Shown: in pieces, positions 51,151 through 63,003 of the stretch
How the letters are laid out: each line of letters starts with the position of its first letter
Position numbering within the stretch: position 1 is the first letter of the stretch
NCBI RefSeq assembly: GCF_009914755.1
Contig: NC_060931.1
DNA: 64,000 nucleotides
Source of the DNA: the human T2T-CHM13v2.0 reference genome, Homo sapiens
Reading direction: 5' to 3' (one strand)
Made by a program: the position numbers and the translations under genes
Notes under the pieces: model-generated
What the model saw: only the letters and a program-made list of their open reading frames with translations
Told to the model about the DNA's origin: nothing
Database searches by the model: none

Positions 51151-51856
51151 CTACGGATTTCTCACCCCACTGTAGCTCTGACATTTCACCTGCCCCCAGC
51201 ACCACAGGGCCTCCGGTCTCACACAAATCATTTTGGCTGGAGAGCCCTTTGCAAGTGGTCTGCTTGCCAGCTCTCCACCTCACCTGTTGGCATTTCCCAA
51301 ATAGCATTTCTTCCAGCCAAGAGCCTCATCCATCCACCTGGATCCACCTGAAACATTTAATGTGCCTGACAAAGGCACGGTCCTGCTGCTGGGCACCGCA
51401 GAGCAACAACAGCTGTCACCCTGACAAGCAGGGGCAGCTCCTCCCCACCTCCCCACCTCCCCACCTCCTTACTCCGGCTCTCTTCACCTGTGGGCAAAGG
51501 CCCCCCTCTGTCCCGTCCTCTCCTGGGTCACACCTGGGTGTGCAGAACCAGGCATCTGGTGAGGCGGGCAGGAAATCTGCATCTTGACAAGACCCCAGGG
51601 AGAAGGTGCATGGCCATGTCGAGCCATCACAGCTGATATGTTCCTGCTATTGATTTGGCCAAAGTCTGCATTCAATGTCCAGGCTCCTCTTGGTAATCCC
51701 CAAGCAACCGGGTAGGAGCTGTGTACAGTAGCAAACCTCTTTGCACAGACAGGAAATGACAGGGTGGAAGTCAGGGGGAAATGAAGCTGGTTTCGAACAC
51801 ATCCGTCACCCATCTCAGTTCTGCCCACTGCTTGCTCCCTGTGACAAGTGCTGAGC

Positions 51857-52073
51857 ATCCCCACACCCCCCGCCCCCCACCCCAGGTAACAAACATCACA
51901 CAGCAAATTCACATTATTCATGGGGCGGATTCCCACAGCCCCCCACCCCCCATCCCAGGTAACACACACATCACACGGCAAATTCACATTATTCATGGGG
52001 TGGATTCTCACACCCCCACCCCCCATCCCAGGTAACACATATCATGGCAAATTCACATTTTTCATGGGGTGGA
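51857..52073. repeat. 73-bp tandem repeat x3
   Basis: cccaggtaacac...gcaaattcacattattcatgggg at 51881, 51954 and 52027. Confidence 0.93.
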
Positions 52074-52487
52074 TGCATGACCATAGGTTCATAGACTTTT
52101 AAGGGACTTTTGGGATCCACATATTCTTGGCTACAGAATCCTTTCTTGGAACAAAGTCTCACCCAGAAGCCCAGTGAGCAGCAGGCAACAGAAGCCTGGA
52201 CCTTGCTGAGCCGGAGTGTGAGGGTAGCGTGAGCTGAGCAGGGATTCACACCCAACTGCCTTGGAGCCCCCAGGGCTCCTTGAATAACCATCTGAAGACC
52301 TCTGACCTCATCCCACACTGGACAGAGAGAAGGCTCCCTCAGCAGAGATGGGGGGCTCTTTGCCACCCAGACAGCCCCCAGTCTGAGCAGCTCTTCCCCT
52401 CAGCTTCTTCTCAGATTCCTCTTGTTCACGCTCCTGAGCCTGCAGGGGCTCTGCTGAGACTCAGGGTCGGCCACTTCTCACTGACAT

Positions 52488-52682
52488 GCTGGGCAGGGCA
52501 CCTCTGTGTCTATCACGACGCTTAGAAGCTAGAACGCTGGGCAGGGGACCTCTGTGTCTATCACGACGCTTAGAAGCTAGAACGCTGGGCAGGGGACCTC
52601 TGTGTCTATCACGACGCTTAGAAGCTAGAACGCTGGGCAGGGGACCTCTCTGCTCTATCATGATGCTAAGAAGCTAGAACGC
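52488..52682. repeat. Minisatellite, 48-bp unit, 4 copies
   Basis: Unit gctgggcaggggacctctgtgtctatcacgacgcttagaagctagaac. Confidence 0.97.
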
Positions 52683-53257
52683 ACCCCTAACTCTGGACAC
52701 AACTGAGAAGGTTGGAGCCATGGATCTGCCTTTATCCAAATTATTTTTCTTCCAAACTTTTGAGTTTTGCTTTTTGGTGATTATCACTTTCCTTTGGAAA
52801 AAAACATGGCTTTATTAATTTGAATAAAATGCAAATACTTTTCAAGATATCAGAAATTAGATTTTGAAATACATCAAAATGCCACCCATCTATGAGGGGT
52901 GTGTATCTGCACTGTAATCTGTTCATTTCCTTTAAATTTTGTTTTGAGATATTTCCATTTGGCTTAAAAGGTTTTAATTCCACTATCTGTCATCACTTGC
53001 ATTAAACGCAAGCGCAGGGGAGAGATTTAGTAAATGCTATTAGATTTCTGTAATCAAACTCTGCTTTATATTCCAGAGTCAGGGATTAGAAGAATTTTAA
53101 ATACATTAAAAATCAGAATCGTCAAATTCAGGCTTAATACTGAATAAGGCAATTAAAATTAGAAAAAAAAATCATTAGCTGTTAAATAATTTATCAACTT
53201 GTACCCCTTTCTCCCATTTTCACCACTGCAAATCTACTCCAAATATATAAACCTCCC

Positions 53258-53405
53258 GAAACTACAGCAGTGAATAAAACAGACAAACCCTTCCATCACA
53301 GAGCTCCCATTCCAGGTGAAGCTGGAGATGCATCCAGGAATAAGGCCCATTGTTTCCTCTGAAGGCAGAACCCAGCCGTCACCTGCATTGCTTTCTGCAC
53401 TCACT
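53258..53405 (+). repeat. Left arm of a long inverted repeat (pairs with 54373-54519)
   Basis: Manual alignment to the reverse complement of the right arm: 6 substitutions and 1 indel in 148 nt. Confidence 0.97.
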
Positions 53406-54004
53406 TGGGGCAACAGGAGACACAGATGCTGGGCTTGAGGGCCCTCTGGGCACGATGTCCGTGGGGTCAAGAGCTCGAGAAGAACCATCTTTTGAAATGT
53501 AAAATGGCCACGTGGAGAAGGATAATGCTCCAGGAGCTGGTCTCCAGCATTTGGTGGAACGAGAACAAAGAAATGTCTGGAGAAGGCCAGGAAGACAGGC
53601 AGGTCAGGGTGAATGAGCTCCTTGTGGCCAGATCGTAACCAGTGGGTGAAATAAACACTCTAGCGTTTGGTAATTTTCTGTCCCAGGGATGACGGAGCCT
53701 CTGCCCCTGGGAATGGCAAGGTCCATCCTCTGCTCGCTCAGGGGCCAGAGAGGACACAGGTTGGATGTGGATGGAAGCAGAGGTGTGGTGCTGTGCAGGT
53801 GAGCTCCTGCCTCTGCCCTCAGCCCCCACGGTCCCCCGCAGTCTAGGGAGAACCTTCCTTCCCACATATGAGATGGGTGGGCATCAGGAGTGGGCAGAGG
53901 CCAATTCTTTCCAGAGTTAAATAGTCCACTTCACAGATAATCTGAGCAGCAATTCAGATTTCCATGCATTGAATCAATCTACTTCCTAGACAGAGCTTCA
54001 CAAG

Positions 54005-54320
54005 GAGCAGTGATGCCATTTCCATTAAGAGATAAGAAAACCTGACGGGAGAAACAGGCTGCGGCAGGAAGATCAAGAGCCCTGCGTGGCCCACTTTAAG
54101 TGTGAGGCTCCTCTACAGATCTCCCAGGAGAGAAAAGGAGGACACCTGTGGCCATACACACCTGTTGCTCGGTGAATGGGTCAGGGCTGGAGACGTAGGC
54201 TTGGGATCATCATCGAACAGATAACATAAAAAGCCAGGGCCCAGGTGAGTTCCCCACAGGAGACAGCACCGGCAGAAAGGAGGAGGGAGCCAGGCCCTGG
54301 AGAGTCCAATCTGTAGAACT
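54005..54320 (-). mobile_element. L2 LINE fragment
   Basis: tgccattt...ggaagatcaagag...ttaagtgtgag...gggctggagacgtaggcttgggatcatcatc...aaagccaggg follow the L2 reverse-strand landmark order. Confidence 0.6.
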
Positions 54321-54372
54321 CACGGAGGAGGAGCTGGTCGACTTGAAGGGAACAGAGATGGCCGTCGCGCCC

Positions 54373-54519
54373 AGTGAGAGCAGAAAGCAATGCAGGGGAC
54401 GGCTGGGTTCTGCCTTCAGAGGAAACAATGGGCCTTATTCCTCGATACACCTCCAGCTTCACCTGGAATGGGAGCTCGTGATGGAAGGGTTTGTCTGTTT
54501 TAGTCACTGCTGTAGTTTC
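54373..54519 (-). repeat. Right arm of the long inverted repeat; overlaps an L2 3' end that continues to ~54572
   Basis: gggtttgtctgttttagtcactgctgtag...tgcctgacgcatataaatacctaggaatgaatgaacg resembles the L2 3' terminus. Confidence 0.95.
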
Positions 54520-54790
54520 AGTTCTTAAAACCTGCCTGACGCATATAAATACCTAGGAATGAATGAACGAACAGCTCACTAAACTGAGGCTGAGCAGGGA
54601 CCCTCGCACACGCACATCGAAATCCCGCATGACGCATGGCATCAACTCTGAGGGGCACAAAGCCGAGAGCACAGGAAGAAAGTGGATCTCCAGACTCCAA
54701 AACTGAGAGGAACAATCAAAACCGGGCGTGACTGGGAGCTGCTGCTGAAGTGGCTCCTGGACGTTTGGCATCTTTCTGTGGATCCAAGTG

Positions 54791-55132
54791 TGTGGAAGCT
54801 GAGAGCTGGGGTGTGAGTTCCTGTGGAAGCTGAGAGCTGGGGTGTGAGTTCCTGTGGAAGCTGAGAGCTGGGGTGTGAGTTCCTGTGGAAGCTGAGAGCT
54901 GGGGTGTGAGTTCCTGTGGAAGCTGAGAGCTGGGGTGTGAGTTCCTGTGGACGCTGAGAGCTGGGGTGTGAGTTCCTGTGGAAGCTGAGAGCTGGGGTGT
55001 GAGTTCCTGTGGAAGCTGAGAGCTGGGGTGTGAGTTCCTGTGGAAGCTGAGAGCTGGGGTGTGAGTTCCTGTGGAAGCTGAGAGCTGGGGTGTGAGTTCC
55101 TGTGGAAGCTGAGAGCTGGGGTGTGAGTTCCT
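54791..55132. repeat. Minisatellite, 31-bp unit, 11 near-perfect copies
   Basis: Unit tgtggaagctgagagctggggtgtgagttcc; a single variant base near 54952. Confidence 0.99.
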
Positions 55133-55573
55133 ATAGTCACACGAGGACAGCCCATGTGGCCTTGGGGTGGATGGAGATGGGGACTCCACATGAAGCCCAG
55201 GACCTTGAGGACCTGCCTCCCTCAAGATTGAAGCCCAGGAACAGACCACCTACCAGCTGGGGAAGTGGGGAGGGGGCTGAACCCCAGATCTGTGCATGTG
55301 CCAGAGCACGGTCCACACTTTATTGAATGAAGCAGAAACTCCCAGGTGGGCAATTGACAGGAAAGTGGATCGGCTGGGACACTGAGGGCAGAACTTCTTA
55401 TCCAGAAACTCTCACATAGAAATTCACACTTCAGTATCACCAATCCCTGCTGAGGGTAAGCTCACAATTCTAAAAAAAGACTTCATCAACCACAAAAGAG
55501 GACCCCCCCCCCCACAGGAGGGGGTCAGCAGATGTGATGAGCAGGAGCTGTAGAAAGCGAAGACTAGGAAACG

Positions 55574-55915
55574 GCCAGAGGGTCTGAACGAGACCATAAA
55601 ATAAGCCAGAGGGTCTGAACAAGACCATAAAATAAGCCAGAGGATCTGGACGAGACCATAAAATAAGCCAGAGGATCTGGACGAAACCATAAAATAAGCC
55701 AGAGGGTCTGGACGAGACCATAAAATAAGCCAGAGGATCTGGACGAGACCATAAAATAAGCCAGAGGATCTGGACGAGACCATAAAATAAGCCAGAGGGT
55801 CTGAACGAGTCAATAAAATAAGCCAGAGGGTCTGAACGAGACCATAAAATAAGCCAGAGGATCTGGACGAGACCATAAAATAAGCCAGAGGATCTGGACG
55901 AGACCATAAAATAAG
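55574..55915. repeat. Minisatellite, 31-bp unit, 11 copies
   Basis: Unit gccagaggRtctgRacgagaccataaaataa. Confidence 0.98.
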
Positions 55916-56230
55916 TAGGTTTAAAATGATTGAAAAGATAAAAGAAGATATCAAACACATAATCAAAGTAGAAGGCAAAATAACAGATTTGATAAATTAC
56001 TAAATAAAAATTTTTTTCTAAGTGAAAAATACAGTAACCAAGAGAAAAGTACCCAGCATTTGAGTTTTACAGCAGATTAGACAGAGGAGGAAGGAACGTG
56101 GGAGACAATTTCAGGAAATAATCTGTCATGTAGCATCGAGGGAGGGAGAGGTGAAGGCGCGACAGAGGGTGCTGAGACAGGGTGGATGGAACAAGAAGGT
56201 CCAACCCTGCCTAATCAAATGCTGTGGAGG
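55900..56230 (+). mobile_element. Ancient L1 (L1ME-like) ORF1-region fragment
   Basis: ataaaataagtaggtttaaaatgattgaaaagataaaagaag...gaaaaatacagtaa...acagcagattagaca...aagaaggtccaac resemble old L1M 5'/ORF1 consensus. Confidence 0.65.
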
Positions 56231-56478
56231 CGTCAGGACCGTGATGGGAATGAGAGTGAATGTTTACGCGTGCCCACTCATCCGCACTCTGCCACCCCAG
56301 AAACCTGCACACGACCCAGTGGTGCGGGTCCTGGGATGACCCCCATTTGACAACACAGGAAGCAGAGTCACAGGGTGAGCACAGAGACTGCAGGAGGCCC
56401 GCGTGAAAGAGATGGCGAGGGGTAGCTCTGCAGAGTCAAGAAGGGGCCTGAGTGAAAGGGAGCACCAAGTATAGCACA

Positions 56479-56800
56479 AAACCCAGACCCCCCGATCCAA
56501 GCAGGGAGTGCCTGGACATCACAGGTGCCCAGGGGAGGATGGGAGGAGCTGGGAAGATGAAACCCAGATCCCCCAATCCAAGCAGGGAGTGCCTGGACAT
56601 CACAGGTGCCCAGCGGAGGACAGGAGGAGCTGGGAAGATGAAACCCAGATCCCCCAATCCAAGCAGGGAGTGCCTGGACATCACAGGTGCCCAGCAGAGG
56701 ACAGGAGGAGCTGGGAAGATGAAACCCAGATCCCCTGATCCAAGCAGGGAGTGCCTGGACATTACAAGTGCCCAGCAGAGGACAGGAGGAGCTGGGAGGC
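56479..56800. repeat. Minisatellite, 81-bp unit, 4 copies
   Basis: aaacccagatcccc..atccaagcagggagtgcctggacatcacaggtgcccag...ggaggagctgggaagatg. Confidence 0.97.
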
Positions 56801-56873
56801 TGAAGCCACAGCGACCAGGCCCTGTGGCTCCTCCAGCGTGGGAAGGGCAGCTCTGTCCTGAAAGGGTGGCCAT

Positions 56874-57161
56874 GGAGGTGCTGTCCTCCAGGCTCAGGTG
56901 CGTGTGGGAAGGAGCTCCGTTGTGAGTGGGGAGCCAGGGAGGTGCTGTCCTCCAGGCTCAGGTGCGCGTGGGAAGGAGCTCCGTTGTGAGTGGGCAGCCG
57001 GGGAGGTGCTGTCCCCCATGCTCACGTGTGCGTGGGAAGGAGCTCCGTTGTGAGTGGGCAGCCGGGGAGGTGCTGTCCCCCAGGCTCACGTGTGCGTGGG
57101 AAGGAGCTCCGTTGTGAGTGGGCAGCCGGGGAGGTGCTGTCCCCCAGGCTCACGTGTGCGT
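56874..57161. repeat. Minisatellite, ~64-bp unit, ~4.4 copies
   Basis: ggaggtgctgtccYccaggctcaSgtgYgYgtgggaaggagctccgttgtgagtggg. Confidence 0.96.
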
Positions 57162-58149
57162 AGACAACAGCATCTGACCTTCCATGCTTAAGAGGCAACC
57201 TGTGGCAAGGCACATGGCAGAAGCCACTTGGGCTGGAGCTGCCCAGTCAGTGGCTCCACCTATCACCATGTCCTGCCTCTTTTCTGGAGTGGCCGGAGTC
57301 CAGGTTTCAATGAGGAAGGTGTGTCTGGACACCAGGCACCACACTTGTCACCTCCCAGATGAACCCCAGAGTCTCCCATTCCCCGTCCCCCACCCTTGCC
57401 CCTCCAGCCCTCTCAGGGCAGAGCCTCCCTCATGTCCACAGGACCCACCTCCCCACCCACCACAGCCGCTTCTCACGGGGCCTAAATATTCCACAGTACA
57501 GCAGAGGGTCCCAGCCTCGACGCGTTCTCTGACCAGGTTACAGAGATGGCTCTAACCTGAGTCCATCTAGATTTGTCCCAAATTCCTGGACACCATTATC
57601 CCTCTAGGAATGACTTAGCACCAACCACCACCCCACGTGATGAGCTCGGAAGGGAGAGGAAAGACAGGAGGACACCACAGCTCCTTGTACACGCAGGAGA
57701 CGCACCTCCGACATCACATCTTCCACATGCAGGAGACTCACGGCCCGGTCACAGCCACCCCCGGCTGACTCCACCTTGCAACTACTTGGCCCCTCCGCAT
57801 CGGTCACTGCACCTTCCGTGGGATGCAGGTGGCTCTCGGCAGCCCCCAAGACTCTTGGCTTCTTTCTCACCCTTCACTGGGTGCTAAAGAGACAGCAAGC
57901 TCCCGGGAAAGACCAGGGCATCACCAGCTGCCCAACACCTCATTCATCCGGCACGAGCCAGGAAGGCATCGAGAAACACCAAGAACAGGAGCACCTGTCC
58001 GGGACGTGCACGCCAGTTTCCATCAGTCGCCGGCTGCTCTCCTCTCCCACACCCTGCCCGTCATTTAACCCAGACGCAGCCATTTTCAAAGCCCTTCAGG
58101 CTATTCTTAAGCAGGCTCTGCATGGGAAGCGCAAGAACCTCTGTTTGGG

Positions 58150-58540
58150 AAGAGCGGCCAATTAAGCAGCTTCTTATTTCAAGAGCCCGAGTCTGGGGCC
58201 TGGTGAGGACGAGATTTCCCCACAGAAGCAGCTTGTCTTTAAGTGGCTCCGCAGAGGGCGGCTCTGCTGTGCAGCGAGCACACTCATAAATAAGCGCTCC
58301 TTCACAGTTAATTATCTCTAATGGCGAGCGCTGTGAAACCCGAAATCTCGAACGCGGGAGCGCAGATTGGCTTCGGTCCACACTGACTGACGAGTGGCCA
58401 CACGCCATTCCTCAGAGGAGGCGCGTCCGCGCTCTGTGTGCAGTTCATTAAGTTGTCATGTCAGGGGACAGCGGCCATCGGCGCGGTGCGGGGAGGCGCC
58501 TGCGGCTCCAGCTGCTGGAGGAGGCTGGCCGAGCGCCTCT
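58150..58540. promoter_or_regulatory. Candidate regulatory element: CpG-rich patch with homeodomain motifs
   Basis: ccaattaag, ctcataaataa, gttaattatctctaatgg, gattgg (CCAAT), ttcattaag, with many unmutated CpGs in unique sequence. Confidence 0.45.
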
Positions 58541-58686
58541 CTGATACCAGCATGGTAAGGTTTGGACACACAGGGGCTTGACAGATTTTCAGCGATATTA
58601 TGGAAGCATTGCCTCTCTGATACCAGCATGGTAAGGTTTGCACACACAGGGGCTTGATAGATTTTCAGTGATATTATGGAAGCATT
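58535..58686. repeat. 76-bp tandem duplication
   Basis: gcctctctgataccagcatggtaaggtttg...atattatggaagcatt x2. Confidence 0.95.
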
Positions 58687-60620
58687 TCCTGTTTTATATT
58701 GCCTCTCCCAAATGTGCGTCCTTCGATATTGAAGATACAAGTATGTCCCACTGAGTCCCAGGAGGAAAGAGTAATCCCTCTAGCCCATATTCATTTTCAC
58801 ACACTTGGCAACTACAAAACAGCTGAAGAAGGAAGGAAGCACCTATTTTCTGAAGGCTTCTCCGTTCTTCTTAGCCATGAATGCTTTTTCTTGTGGGGAT
58901 ACTAAATCAGGACTTCAAAGGCCCTAAGACATCATTGAACTCGCCAGGCACGTTTCGCCACCGTTTCCCACCCGCAGAGGATGCTCCTGCTGCAGCCCAC
59001 TGGTCCTCCCAGGAAAACAGGACCTTGGCTGAATTAACCTGCAGGTCCAGCCTCTGTTCTCACGGTGTTCGCCAGCACCCAGACAGCACTGCAGATCGCA
59101 GAGCAGACGGCACCCCTTCTGTTACTCACCGACCCGACTCCGGTTTGAAGAATTTTCAGTCCAGAGGTTTCCTCCAGTTTGTCTTTGTTGTCAACTGTTA
59201 GGAAAAATCAGAAAGCACAAGAGTCAGGTTGGAGAGGTCCTCAGTCTCCGGGCACCTCTGAGTATTTTCCTCCATTGAAAATTTCAATTACATGACTGCT
59301 TGACCCGCCTACCTTAATGGAAGGGTCATGAACAGGCACAGAATTAGAACCTGCACGAGGCCCCATTTTCCCACTGACCCAGTGTGCGTCCACCTCGGGC
59401 CGGCACAACTGTGCGCTTTTGGTTTCATCTAGAAAGGGGTGTCCCACCCGGGTCCCCAGGACTGCTATGAATCACTGATGAGAAATATGTAGACACATTC
59501 TGCAAACTGCAACGTCTTATTTTAAAATTACGTAATCGTTTCTAGCTGTATAATTACTGGGAAATATGTTTCATTAACCAGCATTAGGTGTTGATAAAAG
59601 ACTCCGTAGAAGGCAAAGCTGAATGTGTGTATTTCTGCCATCAGCACCGCCAGCTATTTTGCAGCCTCTTGTTCATGCCCTGACAGGAACATCCTATAAT
59701 AATTTCGCTCCAATAAAAGCCTCACCCTGGTTTTCTCCTGATGTAGAATGAGGAAGACTTTCAGAGAATGAATTGCACTCGATGGCAAACCAAGGGAAAT
59801 GAGCTCTGGAAACAATTAGCAGATGGAAATGAAACCCCAGTAATCCTAGCACCAACACAGCAAACCCACCTGCCCCACTTCACAGAGAGGACGGGTGTCA
59901 CAAGGCAATTGACCTTGGCTTACGACTCTGTGGAAATATGCGTTTGCATAAAGCCCTTGTCACTTTGGAGATGAAAACCAGAAAAAAATGGAATTTCACT
60001 GCAAACCCTATGAATGAAGAGTGCCTTGCAATTGTGATTAATACAGGATGAGATAGCAGGAAAATATCAATTACTCTCACCCCTTATTGTAACGCCCCTG
60101 TGTTAATCTGGGGTAATGAAATTATTCCTTTCGGAGAGGGACGCGATGAGATCTTGTTACAGCCTGCCCTCCCTGCTGTTGGGGCCTCTCCATTGTCTTA
60201 TGGAAAGTTTTTCCCTTTGAGCAAATGCATACTATTTTCTACATATAACTAATTACCTACTGCGCTGAAAGAACAAGACAGACAGAAAACAGTCTGGGCT
60301 AAAGCAAAACTCCTTTAATACTTTATGATGGGGTAGAGCCCCAGGGGAGGGGAGGACACAAATGTAAGCCTTGGGTGGCAAGAGAGCTATAAGGCCATCG
60401 GTGCTGCTGTCCTCCCGCAAACAGAGGACACATCTGACAGATTGGCAAGCTTCTCTCAGGAGGGTAATAGTGGACTCTTTTAAGCAGGCTGAGGAACAGA
60501 AAGTGAGTACAAATGCAACCTTAGAACCACCCTGGTCACTGCTGCAGAACGGTCACCGACGTCAGGGTCAGGAATGAAAACGGCAGCCCCAGCCCATAGT
60601 AATGAGAAAAATCCAATCTG

Positions 60621-60835
60621 CCGGGGAGCGCCCTTTTCCTGTGAAGGGCAGGTAACAACTGGGTCAGGCTCGGCAGGCCCACGGCTCTGTCGCAGCTACT
60701 CAGCCCTGCCTTGCAGCGTGGAGGTAGCTGCAGACCACGCCTAAGTGGATGGTCATGGCTGTGTTCCAACAAACCTTTATTTACAACAGCAGACAGTGGG
60801 CCTGACTTGACCTGCAGACTGTGGTTGCCAAGAGG
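60621..60835 (+). mobile_element. MER58A-like hAT-Charlie MITE
   Basis: ttttcctgtgaagggcagg...ctctgtcgcagctactcagccctgcc...tggctgtgttccaacaaacctttatttacaa. Confidence 0.8.
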
Positions 60836-61358
60836 TTGTCTGGCTCTAGTCCATTCTCCACACTGTGCCCAGGGTGTCACGAGCAGTGAGTCTAAGGGTG
60901 TCTGTCCATCCTTGACCTCAACATCCAGACCTCTGGCTCCAAATCCAGACACTTCGGTGGCCCTTCAAAGCCTTTCAATGGTGTCCCCTGCAGGCATGGA
61001 GAACTTGCCTTGCTGGCCCTGAGGTCCAGGTGGCACTCCTTGCCCAGATATTGGGCTTTTCAGCACATTTCAGGCATTCTCCGTCCCCTGCCAGGATGCT
61101 CTGAGCTCCTCAGTCTGACGAAAACGCAGTCCTCCTCCCAGGCAGCTCAGGCCCTACATGTGCTCAGGGGCACCCCCTCCCTCAACATCCTCAGCACGGC
61201 CCTCTGTGTCTCACAGTTCATGGTGTGCAGGCTGCCTGTCCCCTGCATAACAGAATTGTAAATTATGGCACTGGGTAATTTCTGCTCTGTGTAAATGCTC
61301 CCATCACAGTTGACTTTAGTGCTCATGTGACACTACTAAAGGGAATGGGGAGAGATAC

Positions 61359-61800
61359 TGTCTTAGTCCATTTGTGTTGCTGTAAAGGAACACCCAAAGC
61401 TGGGCAATTTACAAGGAAAAGAGGTTTATTTGGCTCACAGTCCTGCAGGCTGCACAAGAAGCATGGCACAGGTGTCTGCATCTGAGGATGCCCCAGGCTG
61501 CTTCCACTTGCAGTGGAAGGTGAAGGGAGCCATGCAGTGTGCAGAGCTCACATGGGGAGAGAGGAAGCAGGAGAGGGCGGAGGGAGGGCCAGGCTCTTGT
61601 TAACAATCAGCTCTCACAGGAGTTAAGAGAGCGAGAAGTCGCTCACCTCCACCCTGGGAGGGCATGAATCCATTCACGAGGGATCTGCCCCGCCCCATCT
61701 GTCCCTCCCCCACATCCAAAGCCCTCCCACCAGGCTGCACCTCCAACATGGGGACCAAATTTCAACATGAGGCATGGCGGGGCCGAACCAACCAGATGCA
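61359..61800 (-). mobile_element. MaLR solo LTR (MSTB-like); its end is duplicated as a 61-bp tandem to ~61866
   Basis: tgtcttagtccatttgtgttgctgtaaaggaa...aaagaggtttatttggctcacag...cacctccaacatggggaccaaatttcaacatgag. Confidence 0.88.
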
Positions 61801-62153
61801 GAGTCACACATGGGGACCGAATTTCAACATGAGGCATGGCGGGGCCGAACCAACCAGATACAGAGTTGCAGGCGTGCGGGGAAGAGTTCCCACCATGCAG
61901 ACGTGGAGGACAGAAATAATCTCAAGGGTGCCGATGACAGTAAAATGTAGAAAACCAGTTATAAAATGGTGAGCTTTAGTATGGATCGCCTCTGCTCTTA
62001 ACATAGTTTATTTAAGTGCATGTTTTTATCATTCAATGTTTCACAATGGCTGTACTGAATAATGGGCTCACAAAATTCCTGAGAAAGTAAAATTAGTTCT
62101 ACTGAGTGGATGCAAACTGTCCCCTGTGCTGGCACAGTGCTTTGTTTACACCC

Positions 62154-62406
62154 GAAGTGGGGCCTTCCCGTCCGTGTTTCCTGGGTCCTGAGGCGGGGCC
62201 TCCCCGTCCGTGTTTCCTTGGTTCTGAAGTGGGACCTTCCCGTCCGTGTTTCCTGGGTCCTGAGGCGGGGCCTTCCCGTCCGTGTTTCCTGGGTCCTGAG
62301 GCGGGGCCTTCCCGTCCGTGTTTCCTGGGTCCTGAGGCGGGGCCTTCCCGTCCGTGTTTCCTTGGTTCTGAAGTGGGACCTTCCTGTCCGTGTTTCCTTG
62401 GTTCTG
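62154..62406. repeat. Minisatellite, 36-bp unit, 7 copies
   Basis: Unit gaRgYgggRccttcccgtccgtgtttcctKggtYct. Confidence 0.97.
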
Positions 62407-62703
62407 GAGTGCACACTTCCCCCAGCTGAAGTGGGGTCGCAGCACGGGCCAGCACGGTAGTGACTAGGCAACTCCCGCCACCCTGAATTGGCAGTGCAGC
62501 AAGGTGCATCCTTGGAGGCCTTGGGGAGGGAATGAGTCCTTGTTTGTACTTAAGCACTTTCCACCGGGCCTCCTGTGAGGCCAGGAACGCGCTGCAGCAG
62601 AACTTCCGGAAAGGGCGTCAGCTGCGGCCAATAGTGACTCAGAGGATGATCTTGTTGGCTGCAGTGGAACACTCATGAGAAGTGTGGTGCCGCCAACCCT
62701 GCA

Positions 62704-63003
62704 GTGGCCTGGAGAGCACGTGGGGACCAGCCCCGCGGTGGCCTGGAGAGTACGTGGAAATCAACCTCACCGTGGCCTCAAGAGCACGTGGGGACCAGCC
62801 CCGCGGTGGCCTGGAGAGCACGTGGGGACCAGCCCCGCGGTGGCCTGGAGAGTACGTGGAAATCAACCTCACCGTGGCCTCAAGAGCACGTGGGGACCAG
62901 CCCCGCGGTGGCCTGGAGAGCACGTGGGGACCAGCCCCGCGGTGGTCTGGAGAGTACGTGGAAATCAACCTCACCGTGGCCTCAAGAGCACGTGGGGACC
63001 AGC
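62704..63003. repeat. Higher-order repeat: 102-bp trimer of ~34-bp monomers, 3 copies
   Basis: Monomers ...gagagcacgtggggaccagccccgc, ...gagagtacgtggaaatcaacctcac, ...caagagcacgtggggaccagccccgc. Confidence 0.97.
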
